Origin: a virus | Taxonomy: Duplodnaviria; Caudoviricetes | DNA length: 52,534 nucleotides | Direction: 5' to 3' (one strand) | Virus record (IMG/VR): IMGVR_UViG_3300027972_000016 | Span: 1-52,534 of that record | Shown here: one piece after another, positions 1 through 9,072 of the stretch | Numbering within the stretch: position 1 is the first letter of the stretch | Layout: each line of letters starts with the position of its first letter | Translations under genes and position numbers: made by a program | The notes under the pieces: model-generated | The model's input: only the letters and a program-made list of their open reading frames with translations | Told to the model about the DNA's origin: nothing | Databases searched by the model: none

Positions 1-1
1 A

Positions 2-187
2 GTTGGAATACCTGTATCAGCTATTACTCCAGTAGATGATCCTGTACCTATAATTGTAGGAACTTTACAATTAACAGGAGAAGATTTACTTAATGCAATT
101 TCTACAAGTACTAATGATGTTGCAGAAAGATTAAGAAATGTTTCTACAGTACAAACTACAGGAGATCAAGTTACTGCTTTAAGTTAA
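2..187 (+). CDS. C-terminal fragment of a tail fibre/structural protein (5'-truncated by window), paralogue of 206..1915
   Basis: Open frame to TAA at 185-187 reads ...VGTLQLTGEDLLNAISTSTNDVAERLRNVSTVQTTGDQVTALS*, closely matching the C-terminus of the next ORF (VGTAVLTAEDFLNAISTSTNPMAIRLKNVSTVNTTGGQLAAFS). Confidence 0.8.
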   Translation, partial: VGIPVSAITPVDDPVPIIVGTLQLTGEDLLNAISTSTNDVAERLRNVSTVQTTGDQVTALS

Positions 188-205
188 CTATAAAAGATAT
201 AAAAT

Positions 206-1915
206 ATGGCAAATGTTTTTGCAATAAAATCAGGTAATTGGAATGATAATACTGTTTGGGATAGTCTTATTATTCCAACAAGTTCAGACTATGTATTTAC
301 TAATGGTTATACAGTTACAATAGATACAGATGTAGATGTTAATCAATTAAGAAATGGCAGTAATAATGGTCAGCTTCCAAATATGATTGTTCCAGTAATG
401 ACAAGTAATACTACGCCAAGTGGTGTTGCAAGTGCTTCTGCTAATAATACTACTGCATTTAATGCTTTTAATGGTATAGGGTGGTATCCTGCTACAAGTA
501 TTTTTACTTTACAATATAATTTTCCAAGTCCTGTTATAATTAAAAAATATAGAGTAGTATCTACATATAATAACGCACCTAAAACTTGGACATTTCAAGG
601 ATATAATACAACTACAAGCACTTGGGATAATTTAGATACAGTAACTACAAGTGTTAATGCAACTATTTGTTATATAAGTTCAATTTTAGCAAATCCAACT
701 GCTTATTCATCTTATAGATTAAATGTAACAGCAATTTGGTTTAACCCTGTTGTTATATATAATTTTGATATGACGCAAAGCAGTGCAGTTACAAACGGTT
801 CTGGAGCAGCTCCTACTACATTAATACAAACAGGAGGTACATATTCTGTAACAACTTTACCTGCAACTCCTTCCACAAGAACAATAACAGTTAGAGATAC
901 AACAACTGGAATACAAAATACAGGTGGTAATGTGAATGTACTTCAAATATCAGCAACATCAGGTATTTTAAACATTAATCACGCTACTTTAGGTAACTTA
1001 GTAGGAGGTGGAGGTTTAGTAATAAATCAATATAATATATATGCACTTCCAACTGCTACTTGTACTATAAATATAAATGGAAATTTACAGGGAGATACTG
1101 CAAATACAGGAGGTTCATCAAGAAATAATGCTGCTTTTGGAATTGCGGGGGCAATAACTGCTAATGTTACAGGAATTTTAAGAGCTGGTTATCAGTATAA
1201 TGATACTGGTGCTGCTTTTGGTTCTTCTGCTATTAATGTACTTGGATCTGCTGGTAATGCTATTGTTAATGTTACAGGTAATCTTTTTGGACAAGCTACT
1301 CCTTATGGTAGTCCTGGGAGTGATGTTATTTATTTAATAGGTAATAATGCTACTTTAAATATAACAGGTAATATTACTGCCAATCTTTTTTATGGCATAA
1401 GAACTTGGACTACTTACACAGGTAATATAAATGTAATAACAGGTACAGTACAAGCTTCCTCTCAAGCAATGGGAATATTTAATCAAGGAAGTGGCACAGT
1501 AACATTACTTTCTCCTGTTATTAATACTAATAATACTGTAGGAGTTATGTCTCAAAGAATAAAATTCTATCCTACAGGAATATCTCAATGGAGATTTCAA
1601 GACCAAACAGGAGCTAATTTAACTATATATAGCGGTACTGGTGCTGGTGTTGGTTATCCTGCAGTAGATACTGTAAGATATGGATCTCCTACTTATGGTC
1701 CTACTAACACTGAATACAATGGAACAATGAGAATTCCTGCAGTAACTAATGTTAATAAAGGAGTAGAATATGGTTATGGCTTAGTAGGTACTGCGGTATT
1801 AACTGCTGAAGATTTCTTAAATGCTATAAGTACTTCTACAAATCCTATGGCTATTAGATTAAAAAATGTTTCAACAGTAAATACAACAGGTGGTCAGCTA
1901 GCAGCTTTTTCATAA
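206..1915 (+). CDS. Tail fibre/spike-like protein with a discoidin (F5/8 type C)-like carbohydrate-binding domain and beta-helix-like repeats
   Basis: 569 aa, rich in T/N/G. The segment PVMTSNTTPSGVASAS...AFNAF...YNFPSPVIIKKYRV...APKTWTFQG...YSSYRLNVT resembles F5/8C domains. Repeated (L/I/V)N(I/V)xG(N/I) units suggest a parallel beta-helix. Confidence 0.6.
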   Translation: MANVFAIKSGNWNDNTVWDSLIIPTSSDYVFTNGYTVTIDTDVDVNQLRNGSNNGQLPNMIVPVMTSNTTPSGVASASANNTTAFNAFNGIGWYPATSIFTLQYNFPSPVIIKKYRVVSTYNNAPKTWTFQGYNTTTSTWDNLDTVTTSVNATICYISSILANPTAYSSYRLNVTAIWFNPVVIYNFDMTQSSAVTNGSGAAPTTLIQTGGTYSVTTLPATPSTRTITVRDTTTGIQNTGGNVNVLQISATSGILNINHATLGNLVGGGGLVINQYNIYALPTATCTININGNLQGDTANTGGSSRNNAAFGIAGAITANVTGILRAGYQYNDTGAAFGSSAINVLGSAGNAIVNVTGNLFGQATPYGSPGSDVIYLIGNNATLNITGNITANLFYGIRTWTTYTGNINVITGTVQASSQAMGIFNQGSGTVTLLSPVINTNNTVGVMSQRIKFYPTGISQWRFQDQTGANLTIYSGTGAGVGYPAVDTVRYGSPTYGPTNTEYNGTMRIPAVTNVNKGVEYGYGLVGTAVLTAEDFLNAISTSTNPMAIRLKNVSTVNTTGGQLAAFS

Positions 1916-1937
1916 AAAATAAAAAATAATAAAAGTT

Positions 1938-4382
1938 ATGGATATCCTTAATTATATAAGTTGGGTAAAAGAAAATAAATTGGTTACTACAATTAGTGAT
2001 CTAGATACAACTTTAATTCCATTAGGATTAAAAGATTCAAGAAGAGATGATAACTATTTATCAGTTGGTATATCCATTGCATCTTTAGCTGCTATAATTG
2101 GTGGTGGTACTGGTACAGGTACTGTAACTAGTGTAGGTGCAACAGCAGGTACAGGAATAAGTATTGCTGGTACAAATCCTATAACTACAAGTGGAAGTTT
2201 TACAATTACTAATACTGCTCCAGACCAAATAGTTACTTTAACTAGTGGAACAGGTATATCAACAACTGGTGCATATCCTAATTTCACTATAACTAATACT
2301 CAACCTTCAAGTGGAGGTACAGTAACAAGTGTTGGATTAACTATGCCAAGTGCATTTAATGTTGCTAACTCACCAATAACTGGTAGTGCAACATTTAATG
2401 TTACTGCAGCTGGTGTACCTTCTCAATATGTAAGAGGAGATGGTGTTTTAGCTTCATTTCCTGATATATCTGGAGGTGGCGGTGGACAAGTATACTATTT
2501 AAATGGAAGTGTTTCACAAGGAACAATAGGAGGTAATATTTTTGAACAATTAAGTACAGCTGCAATTACTACTCCTCCTGGTGTTGATTTTACATCAGGT
2601 ACTATAGATAATGTTGCTTTTGCTAATTTTATTACTGATGTAGGAAAACCTACACAAGAAGTTATACCTTCAGGTGTTTGGATATTTCAATGTTACTTTA
2701 CTTCAACAAGTAATACAACTGAAGTTTATGCAACTGTTGAGGTTTATGACGGAAGTACATTTACTGTTATATCTACATCTTTAAATGAAATTATAACTGA
2801 TGGTTCAAATCTACATTTATATACATTTACTTGTGCTGTACCAGAATATAATCCTTTAATTCCTGTAGATAGAATAGCAATAAGATTTTATCCAACTAAT
2901 CTTGGTGGAAACACTATTACATTACATACTGAAGATTCACATTTAGGCAGTATACAAACTACCTTTACTACAGGTGTAGCTTCTATAGATGGATTAACAG
3001 CAGCTGCACAGTATTTATCAGTAGGTACTACTGGTACAGATTTTAATATTGGAACAAGTGGAGTAGATACACATGTATTCAATTTACCAACGGCAAGTGG
3101 TACAGTGAGAGGAGCTTTAAGTAGTAGTAATTGGACTACCTTTAATAATAAGCAAAATGCATTAATTGGTGCAGGATTGGTATTCTCTGCAGGAGGAATA
3201 ATATCTTATGATTCAACTATATATACTCCTGAAAGTAGAACTCTTACAATTAATGGACTTACTTTAAATTTGTCTGGAAATAGAACGTGGAGTGTAGGCA
3301 CTGTAACTTCAGTATCTGCATTAACATTAGGTACAACTGGAACAGATTTATCTTCTACAATTGCAACTGGTACAACTACACCTGTAATTACTTTAAATGT
3401 ACCTACTGCTTCTGCATTAAATAGAGGTGCTTTAAGCTCAACAGACTGGAGTACATTCAATGGTAAAATAGGCGGTAGCGGAACTCTAAGTTATGTACCA
3501 AGATTCACTGGTACAACAACAATAGGCAATGGTGTTATTCAAGACAATGGCACTAATGTAGGTGTAAATGTTGCTCCAAATACTCCTTACAAGTTTAGAG
3601 TTAATACTTCTACCGCTGCTCAATATGCTATTTATGGTGAAGGATTAGGTCAAGGATTTAGCGGTGTAGCAGGTATAACAAATGGCGTTGGAGTTTTCCA
3701 AAATGTTGGTGTTTATGGTAGTTCAACTGGAAGTACAACTTTAAATGTTGGTGTTCAAGGAGAAATTGATAATGCTTTATCTGTTAATATAGGAGGTCAA
3801 TTCAGTGCAGCAAGCGGTAGTGCAAATTACTCATTACAACTTCAAGATGGTACTGAAACAGTTGGTAGATTTTTAAAGTGTATTACTTCTGATGGTAAGG
3901 CAAATTGGTCTGTGTTACCTACTAACGGTATTGGATTTTCACCAATGCCTATTTCAGTATGCGATACCGCTCCAACTGCTGCTACTACTCAATATTATTA
4001 TCAAACAATAAGTGAAGTTACAGGAACTATCTCCAAAGTAAAATTATGGGGTTTTTCTGGAACGGATTTAGTTCTATTTGGAATTTACAGAGGAGTTTTG
4101 GGTGGTTCAATGACTTTAATAGGTCAAGGATCTGCGACTTGCAGTCTTGGCGCAAATGAAATTACACTTGTAGCAGAAGTAGGACAAAATTTAAATTTAA
4201 CAGTTGGAGAAAATCTTGTTGTAGGTTACTATGCTGACGGAACGAGTTGGAGAACAATATATGATGTAGGGATTTCGGATGCTGCATTTGGAATAATTAA
4301 TACAGCAAATATATTAACTATGCCTTCAACACCAACTGGTACTGCTACTGCTATTCGCTTCGCTTGTACTTTATATTCATAA
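1938..4382 (+). CDS. Tail fibre protein
   Basis: 814 aa, rich in G/T/S. Contains repeated GTVTSV(G/S) and TAS..RGALSS..W.TFN.K motifs typical of Bacteroidota phage fibres. Lies next to other fibre genes. Confidence 0.7.
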   Translation: MDILNYISWVKENKLVTTISDLDTTLIPLGLKDSRRDDNYLSVGISIASLAAIIGGGTGTGTVTSVGATAGTGISIAGTNPITTSGSFTITNTAPDQIVTLTSGTGISTTGAYPNFTITNTQPSSGGTVTSVGLTMPSAFNVANSPITGSATFNVTAAGVPSQYVRGDGVLASFPDISGGGGGQVYYLNGSVSQGTIGGNIFEQLSTAAITTPPGVDFTSGTIDNVAFANFITDVGKPTQEVIPSGVWIFQCYFTSTSNTTEVYATVEVYDGSTFTVISTSLNEIITDGSNLHLYTFTCAVPEYNPLIPVDRIAIRFYPTNLGGNTITLHTEDSHLGSIQTTFTTGVASIDGLTAAAQYLSVGTTGTDFNIGTSGVDTHVFNLPTASGTVRGALSSSNWTTFNNKQNALIGAGLVFSAGGIISYDSTIYTPESRTLTINGLTLNLSGNRTWSVGTVTSVSALTLGTTGTDLSSTIATGTTTPVITLNVPTASALNRGALSSTDWSTFNGKIGGSGTLSYVPRFTGTTTIGNGVIQDNGTNVGVNVAPNTPYKFRVNTSTAAQYAIYGEGLGQGFSGVAGITNGVGVFQNVGVYGSSTGSTTLNVGVQGEIDNALSVNIGGQFSAASGSANYSLQLQDGTETVGRFLKCITSDGKANWSVLPTNGIGFSPMPISVCDTAPTAATTQYYYQTISEVTGTISKVKLWGFSGTDLVLFGIYRGVLGGSMTLIGQGSATCSLGANEITLVAEVGQNLNLTVGENLVVGYYADGTSWRTIYDVGISDAAFGIINTANILTMPSTPTGTATAIRFACTLYS

Positions 4383-4536
4383 AATGGATAATGTAGCCAT
4401 AGAAATAAGAGAACAGTTTGAATTATAATACAAGTTAATAATATTAGTTTACAGTTAATTTTGATTATATAAAAAATTTTATTATATTATATTATACTCA
4501 TTTTTGTAAAGTAATTAATATTAATATATATATATA

Positions 4537-4812
4537 ATGGATTTTAGTCAAATAACATTAGTTGCAATATCAGCTGCAATTACAATTATAGGATACTTTT
4601 TAAAACTTGTGCATTCTGATGTAAGAAGAGCTACGGAAGATATGGGAAAGTTAAAAGGTAAGATAGAACTTGTTGATCAAGAAAACAGATTAAAATACCA
4701 AGGTATTCAAGAAATCACTCAGCATGAATTAAAAAACATGGCTCAAAAAATTGGTGATTTGTCTGACACAGTTCATGAGTTAGTAAAATATCAAATAAAC
4801 CAAAGACATTAA
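4537..4812 (+). CDS. Membrane protein with one TM helix plus coiled coil; holin/antiholin-like
   Basis: Hydrophobic N-terminus (ITLVAISAAITIIGYFL) followed by a heptad-rich coiled coil. First gene of the apparent lysis cassette. Confidence 0.55.
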   Translation: MDFSQITLVAISAAITIIGYFLKLVHSDVRRATEDMGKLKGKIELVDQENRLKYQGIQEITQHELKNMAQKIGDLSDTVHELVKYQINQRH

Positions 4813-4816
4813 TACT

Positions 4817-5053
4817 ATGAATATAAAACAAAGATTCTTAGCACCTACTCCAAAGTTTTGGAAAAAGATGCAAAAACTTGGTATTGCTTTAGGAGCAATT
4901 GGAGGAACTTTATTAACTTTACCTGTTTCATTACCTGCAGGAATAGTTACATTAGCTGGTTATTTAACAGCAATTGGAGCTACAGTTGCAGCAGTAAGTC
5001 AAGTAACAGTTGAACCTCAAGTTAATAAAGAAGAAGTAAATGAGCAAAAATAA
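4817..5053 (+). CDS. Putative holin (2 TM helices)
   Basis: 78 aa with a basic N-terminus (TPKFWKKMQK), two hydrophobic segments and a charged C-terminus. Overlaps the start of the putative endolysin. Confidence 0.65.
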   Translation: MNIKQRFLAPTPKFWKKMQKLGIALGAIGGTLLTLPVSLPAGIVTLAGYLTAIGATVAAVSQVTVEPQVNKEEVNEQK

Positions 5054-5636
5054 TGTTAGAATCTATACTGATTCTCAAATATTAGATAGAATACAAAAAC
5101 TTAGTACATTCAAAGCTCTTCCTAAAGAATACTATATAGTAGGTATAAGAAGTACTGAAGATGATACAGATAAGTTTGATGATAAGTTTTACATCTTTAG
5201 AGATAAAGAGTTTGTAACAATGACAACAGGAACTACCAATCCTGGTAAACCTGTTTTAACTGGTGGATTTCTTAAGTATAATAAGAATGGTGCAGCTGTA
5301 GTTAAATCTGATTCTTGGTATTATGATGTATGGTCATATGGAAAACATATGAGTAAAATGCCAGCCTTATTACAAACAGGTCCTATAACTGTATATAGAG
5401 ATGGTGATCAAGATGGTAAAACAGAAGAACAAGGTAAATTAGAAACTGGATACTTTGGTATTAATTTTCATGCTGCTACTTATGATGAATCCTTTAAAGG
5501 ATTACAAGAAAACATTGGTGGATGGTCTGCAGGTTGTCAAGTAGTTAATGATAAGAAAAAGCATTTAGAAATCATAGCTCTAATAAAAGCACAGAAAAAA
5601 ATCAGTTATGTTTTATTAAAAGAATTTGATGTATGA
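5040..5636 (+). CDS. Putative endolysin with a YkuD/L,D-transpeptidase-like catalytic motif
   Basis: Follows the holin-like genes. Motifs TTNPG and GINFH-x18-SAGCQVV resemble the YkuD His/Cys signature. Confidence 0.55.
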   Translation: MSKNNVRIYTDSQILDRIQKLSTFKALPKEYYIVGIRSTEDDTDKFDDKFYIFRDKEFVTMTTGTTNPGKPVLTGGFLKYNKNGAAVVKSDSWYYDVWSYGKHMSKMPALLQTGPITVYRDGDQDGKTEEQGKLETGYFGINFHAATYDESFKGLQENIGGWSAGCQVVNDKKKHLEIIALIKAQKKISYVLLKEFDV

Positions 5637-5791
5637 AATTTAGAAACAATTGGGAATCTCCAAAAAAACAATGGGACAAGGTGTTGATAAAACTAAAACT
5701 TGCAAACCTAGAGTTTTTTGCTATAGAGATTGATGTAACAAGAAACTTTTATTTACTTACTATACTTAACTTTACTGTAAAGAATAGATAA
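5633..5791 (+). CDS. Small hypothetical protein (52 aa; not in ORF track)
   Basis: ATGA overlap with the previous stop codon. Reads MKFRNNWESPKKQWDKVLIKLKLANLEFFAIEIDVTRNFYLLTILNFTVKNR* and is followed by a terminator. Confidence 0.65.
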   Translation: MKFRNNWESPKKQWDKVLIKLKLANLEFFAIEIDVTRNFYLLTILNFTVKNR

Positions 5792-5808
5792 TAATATAAA
5801 GATTAATT

Positions 5809-5845
5809 GAGTCCAGGTACCATAAGTATCTGGATTTTTTGTTTT
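5809..5845 (+). terminator. Rho-independent terminator ending the lysis operon
   Basis: AGTCCAGGTAC-CATAA-GTATCTGGATT stem-loop followed by a T tract. Confidence 0.75.
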
Positions 5846-5899
5846 ACACATTATAGATTTAAACTTTTATTGTATATTTGTTTAAACTTAAAATGTATA
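5845..5899. promoter_or_regulatory. Promoter region with three degenerate TAAAC-N7-GTTTA boxes and a TATATTTG (Bacteroidota -7-like) element
   Basis: Boxes: TACAC-ATTATAG-ATTTA (5845-5861), TAAAC-TTTTATT-GTATA (5860-5876) and TAAAC-TTAAAAT-GTATA (5883-5899). TATATTTG at 5873-5880. Confidence 0.5.
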
Positions 5900-5902
5900 A
5901 AA

Positions 5903-6178
5903 ATGAAAAATCAAACTACAGAAGAGCAATTGAGTCCAGAAGAACTACTTGCTAGAAAAGAAGAAATGAAACAATTCTATGATGAATCTGTTCCATATTT
6001 AGAATCACAATTAAAGTATGAGCATTTACTTACAGAGATTGAGAATGCTAGATTTAAAAGAGCAACTCTACAATATCAATGGGCTAGTATGATGCAAAAT
6101 TCAACTCCAGAAGAAGGTGCTGAAAATGAATCATCAGATAATGAATCTCCTAAAGAAAGAAAATTAAAAAAATCATAA
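5903..6178 (+). CDS. Small coiled-coil hypothetical protein (start revised from 5807 to ATG at 5903)
   Basis: The 5807 start lies within the terminator/promoter. The ATG at 5903 has an A-rich leader and gives MKNQTTEEQLSPEELLARKEEM... Confidence 0.7.
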   Translation: MKNQTTEEQLSPEELLARKEEMKQFYDESVPYLESQLKYEHLLTEIENARFKRATLQYQWASMMQNSTPEEGAENESSDNESPKERKLKKS

Positions 6179-6181
6179 GAC

Positions 6182-6562
6182 ATGGCTTTAGTAAATCAAG
6201 TACAGAAGCGTGTTAAGATGCCCAAATGGGATGTAGTAAAATTTCAAATATTAACTCATTGCTATATTAATCACATAGCAATGAGTGAATCTGATTTAAA
6301 CTGTCTTACTTTACTTAGTTTTAATGAACCACTTGAGTTAACTGATTTTTGTTATGATGCATCTGCTGAAGAAGGATGGATTTTTAAATCTCCACAGACT
6401 GTTAGAAACTGTATTAATAAAGCAGAAAAAAACAACTTAGTAATTAAGGATACAGCTAATAAGAAATTGATTATGCTAAATCCAGATTTAAAAATTCAAA
6501 TTAAAGGAACTGTATTATTAGACTATAAATTTTTAGGCCATGATACCGAAGAAAGCAAATGA
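6182..6562 (+). CDS. Putative winged-HTH DNA-binding protein
   Basis: The pattern MSESDLNCLTLL...SPQTVRNCINKAEKNNLVIK...LIMLNP resembles a MarR-like wHTH recognition helix and wing. Confidence 0.45.
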   Translation: MALVNQVQKRVKMPKWDVVKFQILTHCYINHIAMSESDLNCLTLLSFNEPLELTDFCYDASAEEGWIFKSPQTVRNCINKAEKNNLVIKDTANKKLIMLNPDLKIQIKGTVLLDYKFLGHDTEESK

Positions 6563-6911
6563 GTTATATAAGTCAGTTGCTGAAGATCTAAACATAGAAG
6601 AATCTTTAGTAGAAGATCTAGTAGACTTCATGTATAAAAACTTAAGAAAAAATTTAAGTAACTTAACTCATCCAAGAATTAATCTTGATGGTTTAGGTCA
6701 GTTTGTTGTTAAAACAAAAGCAGTAAATAAATCAATAGAAAGAATTACTACTAACTTATTAAATCATGATACTTATACTTTTAGTGCCTACTTTAATAAG
6801 AAGACTCTAGAAAGTAAATTAGCTAGCTTGATTAAATTAGAGGCAGAAATAACACAGCAAAAATTAAAAAAGGATCAATTTAAAAAGAAAAAAGATGAAA
6901 CCAAATCTTAA
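6540..6911 (+). CDS. HU/IHF-like DNA-binding protein
   Basis: ELYKSVAEDLNIEESLVEDLVDF...RINLDGLGQFVVK matches the HU/IHF helix-helix-strand pattern. IHF-like genes near terL are a recalled feature of crAss-like phages. Confidence 0.6.
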   Translation: MIPKKANELYKSVAEDLNIEESLVEDLVDFMYKNLRKNLSNLTHPRINLDGLGQFVVKTKAVNKSIERITTNLLNHDTYTFSAYFNKKTLESKLASLIKLEAEITQQKLKKDQFKKKKDETKS

Positions 6912-7197
6912 AGAAATCTGGAAAAATAGAAAACAAATAATAGAAGGTATAAAGAATTCTGTTATGAGAGATGCATTTGTAGAACAGATTGCTGCTGAAA
7001 GATCAGAGATCTGTAATGTATGTGTAAGAAAAGATGATGAAGGTGGCTCATGTGTAATGCCCGGAACTCAACCTTGTTGTAATCTATGTGGTTGTTCTTT
7101 ATCTTTTAAACTTAGATCATTGTCATCTGATTGTCCAGATCTAAGATGGAAAGCAATTGTATCAGAAGAAGTAGAAGATAAACTTAATGAACTATGA
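6895..7197 (+). CDS. Cys-rich zinc-finger protein
   Basis: R..ICxxC...C...CCxxCGC.L..K.R.....CP...W motif. Confidence 0.65.
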   Translation: MKPNLKEIWKNRKQIIEGIKNSVMRDAFVEQIAAERSEICNVCVRKDDEGGSCVMPGTQPCCNLCGCSLSFKLRSLSSDCPDLRWKAIVSEEVEDKLNEL

Positions 7198-7484
7198 AAA
7201 ATCAAACATGGACATCAAATGTAACAGAAGAAGTTGATCTATCAATAACATTTAATGGTGGTCAAACTAGTATCATGAATAGTTTAACAGAATTAAGTGA
7301 AACACATGCTACAAATTCTGAAAGAATTGAAATGCTGGAAAGTGAAAACCTATTATTAAAATTAAGACTTCTTAAATTAGAAGCTGTATTTAATAATAAG
7401 GAAGTTGAAAATTTAAAGTGTATGTTGAGATCAGTTGATCCAGCATCAGTACAACTTGCTAAACATATTATTAAAAATGCATAA
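7194..7484 (+). CDS. Hypothetical protein
   Basis: ATGA-coupled 96-aa ORF within a tightly packed operon. Confidence 0.65.
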   Translation: MKNQTWTSNVTEEVDLSITFNGGQTSIMNSLTELSETHATNSERIEMLESENLLLKLRLLKLEAVFNNKEVENLKCMLRSVDPASVQLAKHIIKNA

Positions 7485-7486
7485 TC

Positions 7487-8323
7487 ATGAGCATAATATT
7501 TAATGCTGCAGATCATAGTTACAAAAGTTTAAGTTCTGAAGATAATATCAATTGGATTAGTGTTACTACTTTAATCTCTCATTTTAAAAAACCATTTGAT
7601 GCTAAAAAAGTAGCAGAGAAGGTAACTAAAAATAAAAGATCAAAGTGGTTTGGTCTTGATCCAAAAGTTATCCAAGAAATTTGGGATAATGAATCTAACA
7701 GAGCTCTAACACTTGGTACCTATTATCATAATCAAAGAGAAGCAGATTTATGTTCATTAGCCTCTATTGAAAGAGAAGGTATTACAGTTCCTGTGTTTCC
7801 ACCATCTGGTGAAACAAATGGAGTAAGAGTAGCACCAAATCAAAAACTAGAAGCAGGTGTGTATCCTGAGCATATGGTGTTTCTTAAATCAGCAGGCATA
7901 TGTGGTCAATCAGATTTAGTAGAAGTAGTAAATGGTAAAGTAAATATAATTGACTACAAGACAAACAAAGAGATTAAGAAAGAATCTTATGTAGATTGGG
8001 AAGGGGTATCTGATAAATTAACAGAACCTCTTTCTAATCTAGATGATTGTAATTTTAATCACTATGCTTTACAACTTAGTATTTATATGTATATTATACT
8101 AAAGCATAATCCTAAATTAAAACCAGGAAAGATGTTTATCCATCATGTATCATTTGATATAGAAGGAGAAGATTCATATGGTTATCCAATAGTAAAAAGA
8201 AATAGTAATAATGAACCAATTGTGAAAGAAGTTATTCCAATTGCAATTCCTTATTTAGTAGATGAAGTATTATCAATATTACATTATATTCAAGATCATG
8301 AAATCACAAAGAAAAGAAAATAG
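7487..8323 (+). CDS. PD-(D/E)XK superfamily (exo)nuclease
   Basis: Motifs SVTTLI, GTYYH, E...GICGQSDLV...IIDYKTN and HYALQLSIY follow the RecB/Cas4-like nuclease pattern. Confidence 0.85.
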   Translation: MSIIFNAADHSYKSLSSEDNINWISVTTLISHFKKPFDAKKVAEKVTKNKRSKWFGLDPKVIQEIWDNESNRALTLGTYYHNQREADLCSLASIEREGITVPVFPPSGETNGVRVAPNQKLEAGVYPEHMVFLKSAGICGQSDLVEVVNGKVNIIDYKTNKEIKKESYVDWEGVSDKLTEPLSNLDDCNFNHYALQLSIYMYIILKHNPKLKPGKMFIHHVSFDIEGEDSYGYPIVKRNSNNEPIVKEVIPIAIPYLVDEVLSILHYIQDHEITKKRK

Positions 8324-8561
8324 CAACTACATAGAGATTGAACTTATATTAGAAAATGCTATGTTAAAAGACTTAGGTATTACTGATGAGTTTACTGGTA
8401 AAATGATATTATGTTTGGATAGTATTGAAGGAGTAAGAAATGTGTACAATGAAGATATGGAATTAGTTGATGATGAGGTGTTATTATATTTGAAGAGCGG
8501 GGACATCTTTACAACAAAAGGTACATATGATTATTACAAAAAACTTTTAAATGTATGTTAG
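8298..8561 (+). CDS. Hypothetical protein (start probably ATG 8298 rather than 8262)
   Basis: Fills the gap between the nuclease and the next gene. The 8298 start reduces the overlap. Confidence 0.6.
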   Translation: MKSQRKENSNYIEIELILENAMLKDLGITDEFTGKMILCLDSIEGVRNVYNEDMELVDDEVLLYLKSGDIFTTKGTYDYYKKLLNVC

Positions 8562-9070
8562 TAAAACTATTTGATGTACATAATGGAACAGTAGTACCTA
8601 CTGAACACTGTTATACATTATCTTCTCTAAAGGATTTAATGGATGACTATCCAGAAGATTACATAAAAATATATCAGTATTTGTTTTATATGACATGTCC
8701 TAATCCTGATATGAATCCTTTCTTTCATACACCTGATGTAGAAAAGGAACTTCTTATAATGACAGAGATTAAAGGAGAATTCTCTACAGAAGATGATAAG
8801 ATCTTTACTGCTCTTGCCTTCTGTAAAAAAATGTATGAGACACCTACATCTAGAGCATACAGAGGTATTGCATCTATGTTAGATAGATTAGGTAGATATA
8901 TGGAAACAACTCCTATCTCACATGGTAGAGATGGTAATATTTCAGCTCTGGTAAATGCAGCTAAGAATTATGAAGCTATCAGGACTTCATTCAAAGGTGC
9001 ATACAAAGATCTACAGGATGAACAACAAAGTAAAGTTAGAGGTGGACAAGGTTTAGCATATGACAGTTAA
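8555..9070 (+). CDS. Conserved protein preceding terL; candidate terminase small subunit
   Basis: 171 aa, immediately upstream of TerL, with a helical C-terminus ending KVRGGQGLAYD. Function is inferred from position only. Confidence 0.45.
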   Translation: MLVKLFDVHNGTVVPTEHCYTLSSLKDLMDDYPEDYIKIYQYLFYMTCPNPDMNPFFHTPDVEKELLIMTEIKGEFSTEDDKIFTALAFCKKMYETPTSRAYRGIASMLDRLGRYMETTPISHGRDGNISALVNAAKNYEAIRTSFKGAYKDLQDEQQSKVRGGQGLAYDS

Positions 9071-9072
9071 TT

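Noticed and set aside
55-1915. DGR template/variable repeat pair between 55-187 and 1784-1915
   Set aside because: Differences are not confined to adenines and are largely synonymous, both copies are coding, and no reverse transcriptase is present in the window.
4384-4428. 14-codon ORF MDNVAIEIREQFEL after the fibre gene
   Set aside because: Too short to support. It could be a remnant, but no continuation is recognisable.
5807-5902. N-terminal extension of ORF 5807..6178
   Set aside because: It overlaps a terminator and promoter/operator boxes. The ATG at 5903 is the more plausible start.
5805-5939. 12-bp direct repeat AATTGAGTCCAG (5805-5816 and 5928-5939)
   Set aside because: Only two copies, one of them in coding sequence, with no associated mobile-element features. 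Probably chance.
7487-8323. Cas4/CRISPR system
   Set aside because: This is a stand-alone PD-(D/E)XK nuclease without the Cas4 four-Cys cluster pattern. No repeat-spacer array or other cas genes were seen.
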